This document shows, one piece after another, positions 14,952 through 24,000 of a stretch of 24,000 bases of DNA. Origin of the DNA: Blastocatellia bacterium (GTDB lineage: Bacteria > Acidobacteriota > Blastocatellia > Pyrinomonadales > Pyrinomonadaceae). Position 1 is the stretch's first letter; each line of letters begins with the position of its first letter. The translations under genes and the position numbers were made by a program. The notes beneath the pieces were generated by a model that was not told the origin of the DNA, ran no database searches, and saw nothing but the letters and a program-made list of their open reading frames with translations. Location of the stretch: positions 1-24,000 of the forward strand of contig JAEUQK010000021.1 of NCBI GenBank assembly GCA_016789265.1, in the 5' to 3' direction.

Positions 14952-15252
14952 ACGAAAAGATACATTAGGAAAAAAAGCGCTTGTAAGATGTCAACGACGA
15001 ACAACTCGAACTCAATGGATTTCGCACATACTCAAAAAAAGAGGAAGCATCCGATGGACACTTCCGTCTATTCTTCCGTTCATGAGAACAGTTTTCAATG
15101 GGAATAGGGATCTGTTTCCCCACACAGCCGAAGGTGTGGAGTATTTATCAAAATAGACATCGGCCAAGCCTGCTTCTCTCGGGCCAACCGGGCTGCTGCT
15201 CGGCAAAAACCCGCGGTATCTCAAGATCCAAGAGTTATAGAAATCTTCTAAT

Positions 15253-17091
15253 TCACCCAGCTTTCAATGGCGCCAGTTCGCCTGCGTCAATGATGAGCGG
15301 GCCCTCGATGAAATCCTGTCCCAACCCCTCACTGGGTGTTATCGCGGGCGTATCCTGACCAGCATTCGGGTCGCCATATTCGGGATTATGTTTCCAGTGA
15401 TCACGTTGCGGTGACTTGTCTATTCCAATCGGGTAGATCGTCAGCTTATCACCCTCGATCTTGAGCCTGAGAAAATGTCGATAACTGTCGAGCCGAAGAG
15501 CGCTGAACGCACCGTTGGAGTGATCTCCCCAGAACCAAGAGGCGGTGGTCAGGTAAAGTCCCCATAAGAATCCGCCGACAAATCCCAGGACTATCATTCC
15601 AGCAAGAAATCCAAGAAAATTAAGCATTTCGCCAGCTGTATAGATTGATTGGATTCCGAAAAAATTAAGCAGCGTCGAAACCATCGCAGTTCCGAATAAG
15701 ACCATAGCAACATGAACCAAGCCATGAAGGCCTCCAATGAAGACCCTTCGCCGCCTTGAGCTTATTTCGGCCGATAATATAAATACGATCGGAAGCAAAA
15801 AAAAGATAATTAGGAACACGGGCGACGATGCAAGAATTCGAACCTGGTTCCAGTAAAGATTTAAGAACGTATCATTCTCGCCCACGGCAGCGTATCCGCT
15901 CCACGCCAACATCGCTAAGGCACAGATGCAATAGAGGCCCGCGAGTAGAAAGCAGAACTCCCAGTTCCGCCCAGGAAATCGGATGTTCCCGAGGGCAAGT
16001 CTTCTGCTTGCGTGTTTAGGTGGATAAAAAGCCCTTGTAGCACCGTCAGTCCCTATCCCTACCTCGAGCGTATCGAACTCGCCTTTGATGCCCGGCCACT
16101 TTGCGCTTATTGTGTCGTTTAGATGATGCGTTGGGTGGAGAAATGCACCCCCACCGCCGGCAGTGATGAAATTCGTTCCTGTTTCCTTGCTGACATAGCG
16201 ACTGTAGTGATGAAGGTCACCTGAGATAACCAGCGGGACCTTTGCATTTGGGCACTCATCGTGAAGGATTTTAGCGATGTAATGTAGAGCCCTGTAGTAC
16301 TCTTCCTGTCCTTTTTTGTCGCCCGCAATATCGGCCTTGAGCCAGGTTGGAACCGATGCGCAGAGAATGATCTTTGCACCAGGCCGCATCTTCTTCGCCA
16401 CAGCGGCAAAGTAATCCGCCTGAGGCGCGTCAATATCCTCACCCAACTGCGAATCGAATCCCCAGATCCACCAGTTCTGTCCTAAGTGAATTGCAAAGTA
16501 GCTTCGCCGTTGCGACGCGATCCAGCTTCCCAAACTAGTAGCGCGCCCGCGACAAAAGTTAGCCAGGAAGAGAGTGAGGCCATCATACCAATCATGATTG
16601 CCGGGTATGAGATAGAGTTTTGGATGATCTCCGTTTCTTTCGTAAGGAAATGCAGCCCGATAAGGAAGCTTCATCCGCACTTCATATTCGTCCCGGCTGG
16701 CGTCCGGGTAAACTTGGTCACCGCCCATTATCAGACAATCGGCTCGCGGCAAAGTAATATCGCCGACGGGTAATTGCTTTTGGCCGATCATATAAGCGAT
16801 CGCATACGTTGAATCGAAACCGTCGCCGAGATCCGCGACGTAATCCACCCAGATCTCTTGCTTGCCCCCGCATAAACCGTCTTCGCCACGACAGCAATCT
16901 TCGATCAGCGTATCGTGATTGATCGGCGAATCGAGAGCAGCGTGAACTAGTCTCCGGTCCGCGTACTGTCCAAACAGTGTTGAATCAATTACCTTTTTGG
17001 CGGTTTTTGCCAACACGAGTGGGCTAAACCAGTGAACCATTCCGCGGTACTCACTCGAATCATTCAGGTCTGGGGGGTATTTTCTTTTCAT
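15253..17091 (-). CDS. Calcineurin-like metallophosphoesterase with a C-terminal multi-TM domain
   Basis: MPE motifs appear in order: VADLGDGFDS, IMGGDQVYP, IPGNHDWYDG, SGDLHHY, GGGGAFLHPTH. At least four hydrophobic helices follow (e.g. FLLAGLYCICALAMLAW, VFLIIFFLLPIVFILSA, LNFLGFLAGMIVLGFVGGFLWGLYL), then a soluble tail. Confidence 0.8.
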   Translation of the reverse strand: MKRKYPPDLNDSSEYRGMVHWFSPLVLAKTAKKVIDSTLFGQYADRRLVHAALDSPINHDTLIEDCCRGEDGLCGGKQEIWVDYVADLGDGFDSTYAIAYMIGQKQLPVGDITLPRADCLIMGGDQVYPDASRDEYEVRMKLPYRAAFPYERNGDHPKLYLIPGNHDWYDGLTLFLANFCRGRATSLGSWIASQRRSYFAIHLGQNWWIWGFDSQLGEDIDAPQADYFAAVAKKMRPGAKIILCASVPTWLKADIAGDKKGQEEYYRALHYIAKILHDECPNAKVPLVISGDLHHYSRYVSKETGTNFITAGGGGAFLHPTHHLNDTISAKWPGIKGEFDTLEVGIGTDGATRAFYPPKHASRRLALGNIRFPGRNWEFCFLLAGLYCICALAMLAWSGYAAVGENDTFLNLYWNQVRILASSPVFLIIFFLLPIVFILSAEISSRRRRVFIGGLHGLVHVAMVLFGTAMVSTLLNFFGIQSIYTAGEMLNFLGFLAGMIVLGFVGGFLWGLYLTTASWFWGDHSNGAFSALRLDSYRHFLRLKIEGDKLTIYPIGIDKSPQRDHWKHNPEYGDPNAGQDTPAITPSEGLGQDFIEGPLIIDAGELAPLKAG

Positions 17092-17133
17092 AACATATTA
17101 TTCAGATCAGGGTATTAAGAACCGACCTCAAAG

Positions 17134-18360
17134 TTAGTGGCCGGAGCGGGTGAATCGCAGAATCTCGATATTCCCCGTTCTGGTTACGCAGATGCGATCT
17201 TTCTGCCGCTCCTCCGGGAGGCCTGTCGATACTGTGGCCCGCGCGGAGGACGTCGCATTGGAAACGCGGTTCAAGCGCACCGTGAAGTCTCGAAAGAACT
17301 TTCCGATGAACAGCCGGCTAGGATCAACATAGTTGACAGGATCGTTCGCACGGTACGTGTACAAGTTCAAGGTCTCCCGTTGGACTGTCGCCCGACAAAT
17401 TGACTCCAGGTTTTGTTGAGATGCTGTTGCTTCAGTTTCCACAGGAACGTGGGCAAGAGCGCCGCTGTGCGAATTCGAGACCGCTTTCGCCGTCCTTCTC
17501 GTAACCGGTGTAGCCTTTCCGAACCTCGTCATCGCCGGACGTGTAACCGATGCCGCTGACCCTTGCCGAAGTAACTATCTCATCGCCAAATGCCCCGTAA
17601 TCTTTCCTATCCTTCACCGCACCAAGCTGATCCGTCACAAGCCGCGTGCTGCCAAGATGATCGGTTGTCAAATAGCTTGTTTGCGGACTCTCAGACGTTT
17701 GAGTCGAGTACTCAGCCACAAGTTGTCCGCTTCCATTGTAAATGAAAATGGTGGTCTCTGTGCCCGCGATCTTCTTTACTCTTTTTCCGTCCCCGTCATA
17801 GCGGTATTCGCCGATCGTCGTGTCCTGATCGTTCTGTACCTCGATCTGATGGTTCTCGGCGTCGTATATGAAATCCTTTCCTTCGGCATCGCCCGTAACG
17901 TTACCCGCCGCGTCATATTGCCAGCCGCTGCTTGTGAAGCGGTTTGTCGAGGTCGAGATCGTGGGGTTGCAGATCGCCTCCGTGCAGCTTCCGAGAGTGG
18001 TGGTGTTCGAAGCATCGTAACGACGGTTGCCGTAACGGTCCATCGTGAATGTCTGCTTCCAGGTCTGGCCGCTGTTGATCGTCTCAGTCGCGGAGAGAAG
18101 GCGATTCAGATCATCATAGGTATAGGTTTGTGTAGCCGTAAAGCCGTTTGTCGTCCCGACGTTCGGAACCGTGATCTTTTGTTCCCTCAAACTCCCGTTG
18201 TTCTTTGTATTGTTTCCGTAACCTAGCTCAAGCTTCAGAAGATTCTGGCTGTTCGGACCAAGCCCGAGCCCGATCTGTGTGACCTGTCCGCGGGTGTTGT
18301 ATAGGGATGTTTCCCAGCGTCCGTTGCCAAGCCGCATCGCTGTCACGGCCCGTCTGGCAC
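17134..18360 (-). pseudogene. Orphan RHS C-terminal cassette (YD repeats, core end and a 58-aa tip), with no N-terminus and an interrupted frame
   Basis: ORF 17432-18346 aligns with the last ~330 aa of the main RHS core. MRLGNGRWE matches LRLGNGLWE, QTWKQTFTMDRYGNR matches QTWKQGFGYDRYGNR, DQDTTIGEYRYDGDGKRVKK matches DQDTTIGHYYYDGEGRRVKK, and GYEKDGESGLEFAQ matches GYQKDEETGLDFAE. It then hits TGA at 17432-17434. The core-end motif LNLYTYRANDPVNYVDPSRL is in another frame (ORF 17134-17532). No start codon or RBS lies at the 5' homology boundary (~18360). Confidence 0.7.
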
Positions 18361-18390
18361 TGGTTTTGTTCGTAGGCTTTCCGATTCTGA

Positions 18391-18963
18391 TTAGGAACAG
18401 CCAGCAAATTGAGGTGAAACAGTGACGACCAATTTGTTACTGTTGAGAGCTAGCTCCACCCAAGCGTAGAAGTCAGGTGTATTTGCGAGCTTGCCAAGCC
18501 CGTCGATTAGAGTTTTCTCCAATCGAGGGATGTCGTACCTTAGATCCACCTTATGTGTTCCACTGAGGACGGACCTCGACAAATTTCCGAGCTTCGCCGC
18601 GTGTAAGTTACTGAATCCCGTAAACGTGACCTTTTCAATTTCATAAACTGGAGGATTCTTTTTATACTTTGTAATTAAGGTTAAATCGTACCTATCAGTA
18701 CCCACTAGCTTTGAAATCCGATAATTAACGTTATCGAAAAGTCCCGACATTAAGAGATGGCGTTCAAAGCAAGCGATCTCCGCAGAATGGTTGATCCTAT
18801 CCCTGGAAATCGTCCGATTAGCAAGCTTACGCAAATATCGGGTGTCGGCATCAAGTAAGATATAGACGTTCGCGATCTTATATTCAGACTTCGGAACCTG
18901 ATCCGGAACTTGCCCGAATAACCATATATTGAGCATAATAACTATCAATACTGCCTTTATCAT
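18391..18963 (-). CDS. Candidate RHS immunity protein with an N-terminal signal peptide or anchor
   Basis: It lies immediately downstream of the rhs stop (TGA 18985-18983). AGGAGG lies 5 nt upstream of ATG 18963 (the track's 18969 start is GTG). The N-terminus MIKAVLIVIMLNIWLFGQ is hydrophobic. The gene is clearly AT-rich: the 60-nt line starting at 18661 has 20 G+C. The function is inferred from position only. Confidence 0.45.
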   Translation of the reverse strand: MIKAVLIVIMLNIWLFGQVPDQVPKSEYKIANVYILLDADTRYLRKLANRTISRDRINHSAEIACFERHLLMSGLFDNVNYRISKLVGTDRYDLTLITKYKKNPPVYEIEKVTFTGFSNLHAAKLGNLSRSVLSGTHKVDLRYDIPRLEKTLIDGLGKLANTPDFYAWVELALNSNKLVVTVSPQFAGCS

Positions 18964-18982
18964 GTACACCTCCTACTACACT

Positions 18983-21900
18983 TCATTCTTCCTCGGGTCT
19001 CTTTCTAACCGGGACGTTGCGAACCTCGATTCGTTTATCCCCACAAGTCCTACAGTTCCGATCCTCCGTTGAAAACGTGACAGTCTTTGGTGGACTATTC
19101 GGGTCTTTGCCAGCCTTAACCTGAGGGTCAGTCACCGTGACCTTGAAGCCAATAGCGCCCGTTGCGTTTCGGTCCATGTTACTCCTTGGCAAAACTCGGT
19201 ATGTCTCTACCTTGGTTACTTCTACCGCCTCATTTTTTGCTCCCTTAACCGTAACCGTTGTTTCCCTTGATGACTCGATCTGCTTTGCAGTTGCAAGCGT
19301 ACCCTCAGACGTTCTATCTTTAGTTTCCTCAACGGCTTTCGTTTTATCATCGGGCTCCGTTCCATAGTCAACTGGTTCTGTCACGGCGTAGTCTCCCGGA
19401 TTAACCCCATCCGCGGGCTTGTTGATAAGAAATTTCGATATTATTTGAAACTCGCCACCGATGGGCACGGCAGTCCCATATGCGTCTTTATCGAGATACT
19501 TGACGTTGACCTCAAGCCTGGGGGCGTCCTTGTTGATCTCGGTATTTATTCTAATTTCCTCTTCTTTCTTTTCCACCTTTTTCCCTGCCTGTAATCCAGT
19601 TGAGTCCGTCAGAATCAGTGGGCGGTTCATTACATAAACATACCGATTAAATGTCTGTGGATCGACGGATTTGCCCGAAGCTAATAGAGGATCGATGGCA
19701 GTGAATCTTCCATGTAGGTTTTGGTACATTCGGGCTTCGGCGAAATCGAGGCCGGTTTCTTCGTCTTTCTGGTAGCCCGTGAACTTTTGTCGCACGCGGT
19801 CGGTCTGCCCGTACTTTTGTGTGGTCGTGCGATAGGTTCCGTCTGCTGCGATCTCCTCACCGAAAGGCATGAAGTCACGCCGGGAAACAACCGCACCCCA
19901 GGCATTCACGATCACTCTAGGCGATCCAAGTTGGTCTGTGACAGTGTAACTTGTCGTCGGATTTGAAGCGGGAGTCTCGGTCGAATACTCAGCTATCAGT
20001 CTTCCTAGCGAATAAACGAATATGGTCGTTCCGGCAGCCGTCGCTTTCTTTACTCTTCTTCCTTCTCCGTCGTAATAGTAGTGGCCGATCGTGGTGTCTT
20101 GATCATCTTTCACCTCGGTCTGCTTATTATTACCGTCGAAGGTAAACTGTCTTCCTTCGGCATCCACGGTCATATTTCCGTTCTCGTCAAAAGTGTAACC
20201 ATCGGTCGAAAGCAAGTGATTGGTATCATCATCGACGCCAGGATTTGTTACGTCGTTAAGCGTCAATTGGGTCGACCCAGAATATTTCTCGTACGAAGTT
20301 CGGTTGCCGTATCGATCGTAACCAAACCCTTGCTTCCAAGTCTGGTTGCTGTTGTTAGTTTCCTTTGCCTCGGTCAGACGCGAGAGCGAATCATATTTAA
20401 AGGTCTGAACAAACGGATTCGCCAGACCGTTATATGACAATGTCTGCTTGCCGATGTCGCCATTGTTTTTCGAAGTGTCAACGGTACCGTTAGTCTGCAG
20501 TTCGCCGTACTCATATGTGTGCTTCCATAGATCTCCGGACGCAGAACCATGACCCATTAGAAATTCGGTCACCTGTAGCCTGTTATTGATCTTTGCAGCT
20601 TCCCAAAGGCCATTGCCTAATCGAAGTTTTTCTATGCGTCCGTCTGCCATATACATGAACGTATTAGCATAGGTGCGCTCGGTAGCCGAAGAGGTTGCCT
20701 GACCGTAGATACGAGAAATCTGACCGTCGCCGTCAAAGCTCGTCTTTACGACACGTCCACTAATCGGATATATCTCCTGTTTCAAGTCGCCCGCGAGCGT
20801 GTACTCATAGCTGGAGGTATAAGTTGTGCCATCAGTTATCTGTTGGGCCTGCAAAACCCGACCCATTACGTCAAATTGAGTGTATTTGGATTCCGAAAGG
20901 CTATTGCTGACCTTGGTCGTCTTACCTTTCGAATAGTCTGGGACCGATGACAGCCCGGCCCCGTCATAATAAAACGTTACTGTTGGCGTTCCATCTTCAT
21001 ACGTCTTTGTTTCGACGCGACTGAGTTCATCATATGTGAATGTGACAGTTGTATCTTTAGCATCCGTTGTCGTCAATACATTGCCATTATTGTCGTAGGT
21101 CATGCCGATCGACCAACTGTTATTGTCAGGATTGCCGCTAGTATTTAGCGCGGAATTAGCGCTCTGTTCCGGCTGTTTAACCCGCAATGTCCGGCCTAGC
21201 GAATCATACATAAAGTAACGATTCTGATCGCCCTGATTCACTCTTACCATTAGCCCGAGTGTGTTGTAGTAATAATTAGTCGGTTGGTTCGGGCTGCTGA
21301 CGGTGCCGAGTTGGTTGCTCGAGTTTGGTTCATCGACGCGGGTGAGCCAGCCGAGAGCGTTTGTGATCGAGCGGCGGAGCTTTCCGGCCTGGTCGGTGAC
21401 GGTTACGGCATTGCCGGAATAGCTCGTCGTTGCCTCGGCGCCGTCAGGTGTTTCGACGGATACAACTCGACCAAGCGCATCGAAGGTGCTGGTTGTCCAG
21501 AGAAGTGACTCACTTCGAGACGGACGATAAGGATTGCTTGTGCGATAGACGCGGCCGAGAGCATCATATTCGGTTTTTACGGAAACATAGTCCCCATCTT
21601 TGTAATCGCGAGTCTCGACCGTTCTTCCGAGACCGTCGTAATAACTTTCCGTCCGGGCCAGGTTGTCATTCAAGGTAAATAGATCAGATGTCTTTTCAAC
21701 GCGCCTGTTTGCGTCGTCGTATTCGATGCTCGTTTGTATTTCGTTGGCGGTACCGATCGCTGAAACGGTCTGCGTCGGACGATCAAGAGCGTCGTTGTAG
21801 ATCGTCTTCGAAACAATTCCATTGACATCTTGAGCATTTACCATTTGTCCGGTGAAGTAATCGTATTGAATGTATGATGTCCAACTCAAAGGGTTAGTTG

Positions 21901-24000
21901 TGCTTGTCGGAAACGCAAAGGTTGAATAACCGGTGATCTGCGACGGTGTTGAATTGGTCGTTGCATTACTGTCCGCCGAACCAAAGTTATCGGAATAACT
22001 GATGATCGTTGCGTTGCCATTTCCGTCATAGGCTTTTACAACATTTCCGAGAATATCGTACTGCGAATATGTTGATATCCCACCGCTAGGAGTTGCTGCG
22101 TCAGCATATCTTGTAACGGCGGTAACGTTTCCGCGATATGTAAAACCGGTCCCATAATTGGTGGTATCGTGCCCGGTAACATTGCTTCTGGACGTAAGTG
22201 CAGCATGAGGCGAACTGCTCGTATAGTTATCGTATTCGAATTGTGTCCGCGATAGTTTTGTGCTTCCGCCTGAGTCAGACGAAACCCATGTTTCAGTTGG
22301 AAGAGTTCGCAGGTTTACGGAATTTCCCGTGTAGTTCGATGATGTTTCGTAATCTATATGCGTCCGACGGATCAGGCTGCCAGCCGAACCCGACCCGAAG
22401 TCGTATTCGTAGATGTCCGACAAAAGATTGAAATCGACCGATCCGTTGTAGCTATAAGTTGTCGTGCTGACTTGATTTGTGTCGCTGAGGGTCGTTTTGG
22501 TTTCCGTCAGGCGAAAGTCCTTAGCTATGTTCCCAACATCAGGGATCGTCCACGAAGTTGAGGTCCGTGCTGCATAAGTGTTTTCAACCTTTCGAAGGAG
22601 TGTAGTTCCATCCGTATCATATGATTCGACCTTCGTAACACGCCCACCCTTACCAGCGCCAGAGTATTCGGGAAAGTAGTAGGAGAGGAGGGTTCCATAA
22701 GACGAATGGAAATAGGTCTTTGTCTTTGTCTTGAGGTTATTTGAGCCATCGTAGACAGATTCGGTCGTCCATGTCTCACTTCCCGGTGGACTATAAGAAT
22801 CGAACGAATAATCGTAAACGGTTTTGCTCGTCAAACTGCTGCCATCTTCGTATACCCGTCTCTCAGTTAATCGACGCGTCAAGGTAACACCTTCGAGACT
22901 TTCGTAGTCATATTCGACAGCGCCCCCTGTCGGTAACTCAACTCGGGCGAGTTCTCCGTATGCATTGTATTGAAAGTTGAACTGTTGCCCGTTTGGCAAG
23001 TCCACCTGTTTGACGATCATTTCATCGACATCTGTAGTCGATGTAGCGACATCAGGAAAGAGTTCATATAGAGATTGCAAACTTTCACCCGATCTCAACG
23101 CATCGCCCATGTTGTCATAGACGATCTCGACTTCGCGCGTCGTTCCACCGGTTCCTTTATATGAAACCGTGGTCGTCACACCTGGAGCGGGATAATCGCC
23201 TGTTACTTCGACTGTCCGATTCAAAGAATCCGTCGCTGAATTGAGATAACTGACGGATGGACTATTGTCGACGCCGTAAGCGATCGAACTTACTTCTATT
23301 CGATTTCCGTTACGATCTTGTACCCATACTACAAGGCCGTCATCAATCCTATATGTAGTCCCGTCAGTAAGTCTTACCACTCCATCAAGATCATTGCGGA
23401 CGATGGAATCTGGCCTGCTATCTACGGTGATGGGGTCATCGAGGATAAGCTTCGCACCGCTACCATCCCACGCAACAAAGGTATCGCCAATATCATCTTC
23501 GTCATCTTGGCAGCTTGTCGAAGTCCAAGCGTTACGTTGGCCGTCATTCTCGACGCTCTTGAATAAAAGGCTCTGCCCTCCGAAGGTCGTGAAATTGATA
23601 GAAAAGTCTGTCCAATAGGCGTGATAGTGAAGCTCCCCTGAACAAGGGCCTGTCTCATATTGAGTTGGCGATTGGGTCATCGTTCCAACAAGGAATCCGC
23701 CTCCGCTTGCCTGCAGCCCATTAAATGCGTATGGATCAGGATGGATCGTGGTCACCGAATCGATTACATCCGACCGCCATGTCTGTTCTATCTTCAGCGA
23801 GACGTCATTGTTCAGTCCCCGACCGCCAAGAGATGCTATCGGCAGTGAGAAAGTAAGTTTCCCGGTTTCTAGGCTAATCCTTTCAAGTTCGCTCAGTTTG
23901 AACGTTCCTCGGCTATTTCGCGGTTCCGGTACTACACCTTGTGCGTCGGCGATTGATACGGTTAGGATGCCGAGCACGATGGCGAGCAGCATCAGGAATA
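18983..24000 (-). CDS. RHS/YD-repeat polymorphic toxin; 5' end probably just outside the window
   Basis: At least 1669 aa with many YD repeats (YDGLGRTVET, YDALGRVYRT, FDALGRVVSV, YDSLGRTLRV, YDRYGNRTSY). The core end is FTGYQKDEETGLDFAEARMYQNLHGRFTAIDPLL...NRYVYVMNRPLILTDSTGL, followed by a 202-aa C-terminal tip (18986-19591). The frame is still open upstream of ATG 23992 (…FL-MLLAIVLGILTVSIADA), so the signal peptide likely starts beyond 24000. Confidence 0.9.
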   Translation of the reverse strand, partial: FLMLLAIVLGILTVSIADAQGVVPEPRNSRGTFKLSELERISLETGKLTFSLPIASLGGRGLNNDVSLKIEQTWRSDVIDSVTTIHPDPYAFNGLQASGGGFLVGTMTQSPTQYETGPCSGELHYHAYWTDFSINFTTFGGQSLLFKSVENDGQRNAWTSTSCQDDEDDIGDTFVAWDGSGAKLILDDPITVDSRPDSIVRNDLDGVVRLTDGTTYRIDDGLVVWVQDRNGNRIEVSSIAYGVDNSPSVSYLNSATDSLNRTVEVTGDYPAPGVTTTVSYKGTGGTTREVEIVYDNMGDALRSGESLQSLYELFPDVATSTTDVDEMIVKQVDLPNGQQFNFQYNAYGELARVELPTGGAVEYDYESLEGVTLTRRLTERRVYEDGSSLTSKTVYDYSFDSYSPPGSETWTTESVYDGSNNLKTKTKTYFHSSYGTLLSYYFPEYSGAGKGGRVTKVESYDTDGTTLLRKVENTYAARTSTSWTIPDVGNIAKDFRLTETKTTLSDTNQVSTTTYSYNGSVDFNLLSDIYEYDFGSGSAGSLIRRTHIDYETSSNYTGNSVNLRTLPTETWVSSDSGGSTKLSRTQFEYDNYTSSSPHAALTSRSNVTGHDTTNYGTGFTYRGNVTAVTRYADAATPSGGISTYSQYDILGNVVKAYDGNGNATIISYSDNFGSADSNATTNSTPSQITGYSTFAFPTSTTNPLSWTSYIQYDYFTGQMVNAQDVNGIVSKTIYNDALDRPTQTVSAIGTANEIQTSIEYDDANRRVEKTSDLFTLNDNLARTESYYDGLGRTVETRDYKDGDYVSVKTEYDALGRVYRTSNPYRPSRSESLLWTTSTFDALGRVVSVETPDGAEATTSYSGNAVTVTDQAGKLRRSITNALGWLTRVDEPNSSNQLGTVSSPNQPTNYYYNTLGLMVRVNQGDQNRYFMYDSLGRTLRVKQPEQSANSALNTSGNPDNNSWSIGMTYDNNGNVLTTTDAKDTTVTFTYDELSRVETKTYEDGTPTVTFYYDGAGLSSVPDYSKGKTTKVSNSLSESKYTQFDVMGRVLQAQQITDGTTYTSSYEYTLAGDLKQEIYPISGRVVKTSFDGDGQISRIYGQATSSATERTYANTFMYMADGRIEKLRLGNGLWEAAKINNRLQVTEFLMGHGSASGDLWKHTYEYGELQTNGTVDTSKNNGDIGKQTLSYNGLANPFVQTFKYDSLSRLTEAKETNNSNQTWKQGFGYDRYGNRTSYEKYSGSTQLTLNDVTNPGVDDDTNHLLSTDGYTFDENGNMTVDAEGRQFTFDGNNKQTEVKDDQDTTIGHYYYDGEGRRVKKATAAGTTIFVYSLGRLIAEYSTETPASNPTTSYTVTDQLGSPRVIVNAWGAVVSRRDFMPFGEEIAADGTYRTTTQKYGQTDRVRQKFTGYQKDEETGLDFAEARMYQNLHGRFTAIDPLLASGKSVDPQTFNRYVYVMNRPLILTDSTGLQAGKKVEKKEEEIRINTEINKDAPRLEVNVKYLDKDAYGTAVPIGGEFQIISKFLINKPADGVNPGDYAVTEPVDYGTEPDDKTKAVEETKDRTSEGTLATAKQIESSRETTVTVKGAKNEAVEVTKVETYRVLPRSNMDRNATGAIGFKVTVTDPQVKAGKDPNSPPKTVTFSTEDRNCRTCGDKRIEVRNVPVRKRPEEE

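Noticed and set aside
14880-15107. The full 75-aa ORF as an intact small gene
   Set aside because: Only residues 1-24 resemble IS3 OrfA. The remainder (TKRYIRKKSACKMSTTNNSNSMDF...) is AT-rich read-through with no HTH continuation, so I treat it as a truncated remnant.
15119-15140. Hairpin CCACAC-N8-GTGTGG as a terminator for the metallophosphoesterase gene
   Set aside because: The stem is only 6 bp, there is no T-tract on the minus strand after it, and it lies ~115 nt from the stop. The support is insufficient.
17657-18226. 189-aa plus-strand ORF and 17776-18015 minus-strand ORF
   Set aside because: They are alternative-frame or antisense shadows of the orphan YD-repeat fragment. Such ORFs arise readily in repeat-rich coding DNA.
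19137-23848. Numerous 60-120-aa ORFs on either strand inside 18983-23992
   Set aside because: All are nested in the continuous 1669-aa YD-repeat frame, and none has an RBS or motif.
1-24000. CRISPR arrays, rRNA or tRNA genes, and long identical direct repeats usable as att sites
   Set aside because: By-eye scanning of the intergenic regions (870-1330, 6949-7342, 12078-12457, 14683-15252, 17092-17133) found no regularly spaced repeats, no cloverleaf candidates and no shared 12-mer or longer. A computational repeat search is still needed to exclude att sites.

Overview
This is a bacterial window with several AGGAGG Shine-Dalgarno sites and moderate GC. I could run no homology searches, so every call rests on motifs read from the translations. 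The layout has four parts.
(1) 1-870 (-) is the 5' part of an FG-GAP/VCBS-repeat secreted protein. It is missing from the ORF track because it runs off the window edge.
(2) 1330-6948 (-) is one operon of ICE/plasmid-type backbone genes, closed by a rho-independent terminator at 1261-1293. It encodes a winged-helix protein, a soluble TraD/VirD4-like P-loop ATPase, two Cys-rich zinc proteins, an 81-aa protein ending in the SSB tail motif DDIPF, a ParB/Srx-like protein and a DUF932 protein. No relaxase, integrase or T4SS channel genes are visible.
(3) 7343-14682 is an accessory block set off by a very AT-rich spacer (6949-7342) and an IS3-family orfA remnant (14880-14951). It encodes an archaeal-type adenylate-kinase-like P-loop kinase and two divergent paralogues of an unrecognised protein family. 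It also holds an overlapping-gene XRE-HTH / ImmA-IrrE metalloprotease / PIN-like operon, a DUF43/BpsA-family SAM- or dcSAM-dependent transferase, an adenosine deaminase with the full catalytic motif set, and a 2-TM coiled-coil GAF-like membrane protein. I consider this block the best candidate for an undescribed adenine-nucleotide-centred conflict/defence system, but that is an inference.
(4) 15253-24000 holds a membrane-anchored metallophosphoesterase and an RHS/YD-repeat polymorphic-toxin locus. The locus has a main rhs gene of at least 1669 aa with an unrecognised 202-aa C-terminal tip, a tightly coupled AT-rich candidate immunity gene with a signal peptide, and a degraded orphan rhs C-terminal cassette.
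I found no rRNA, tRNA or CRISPR array.
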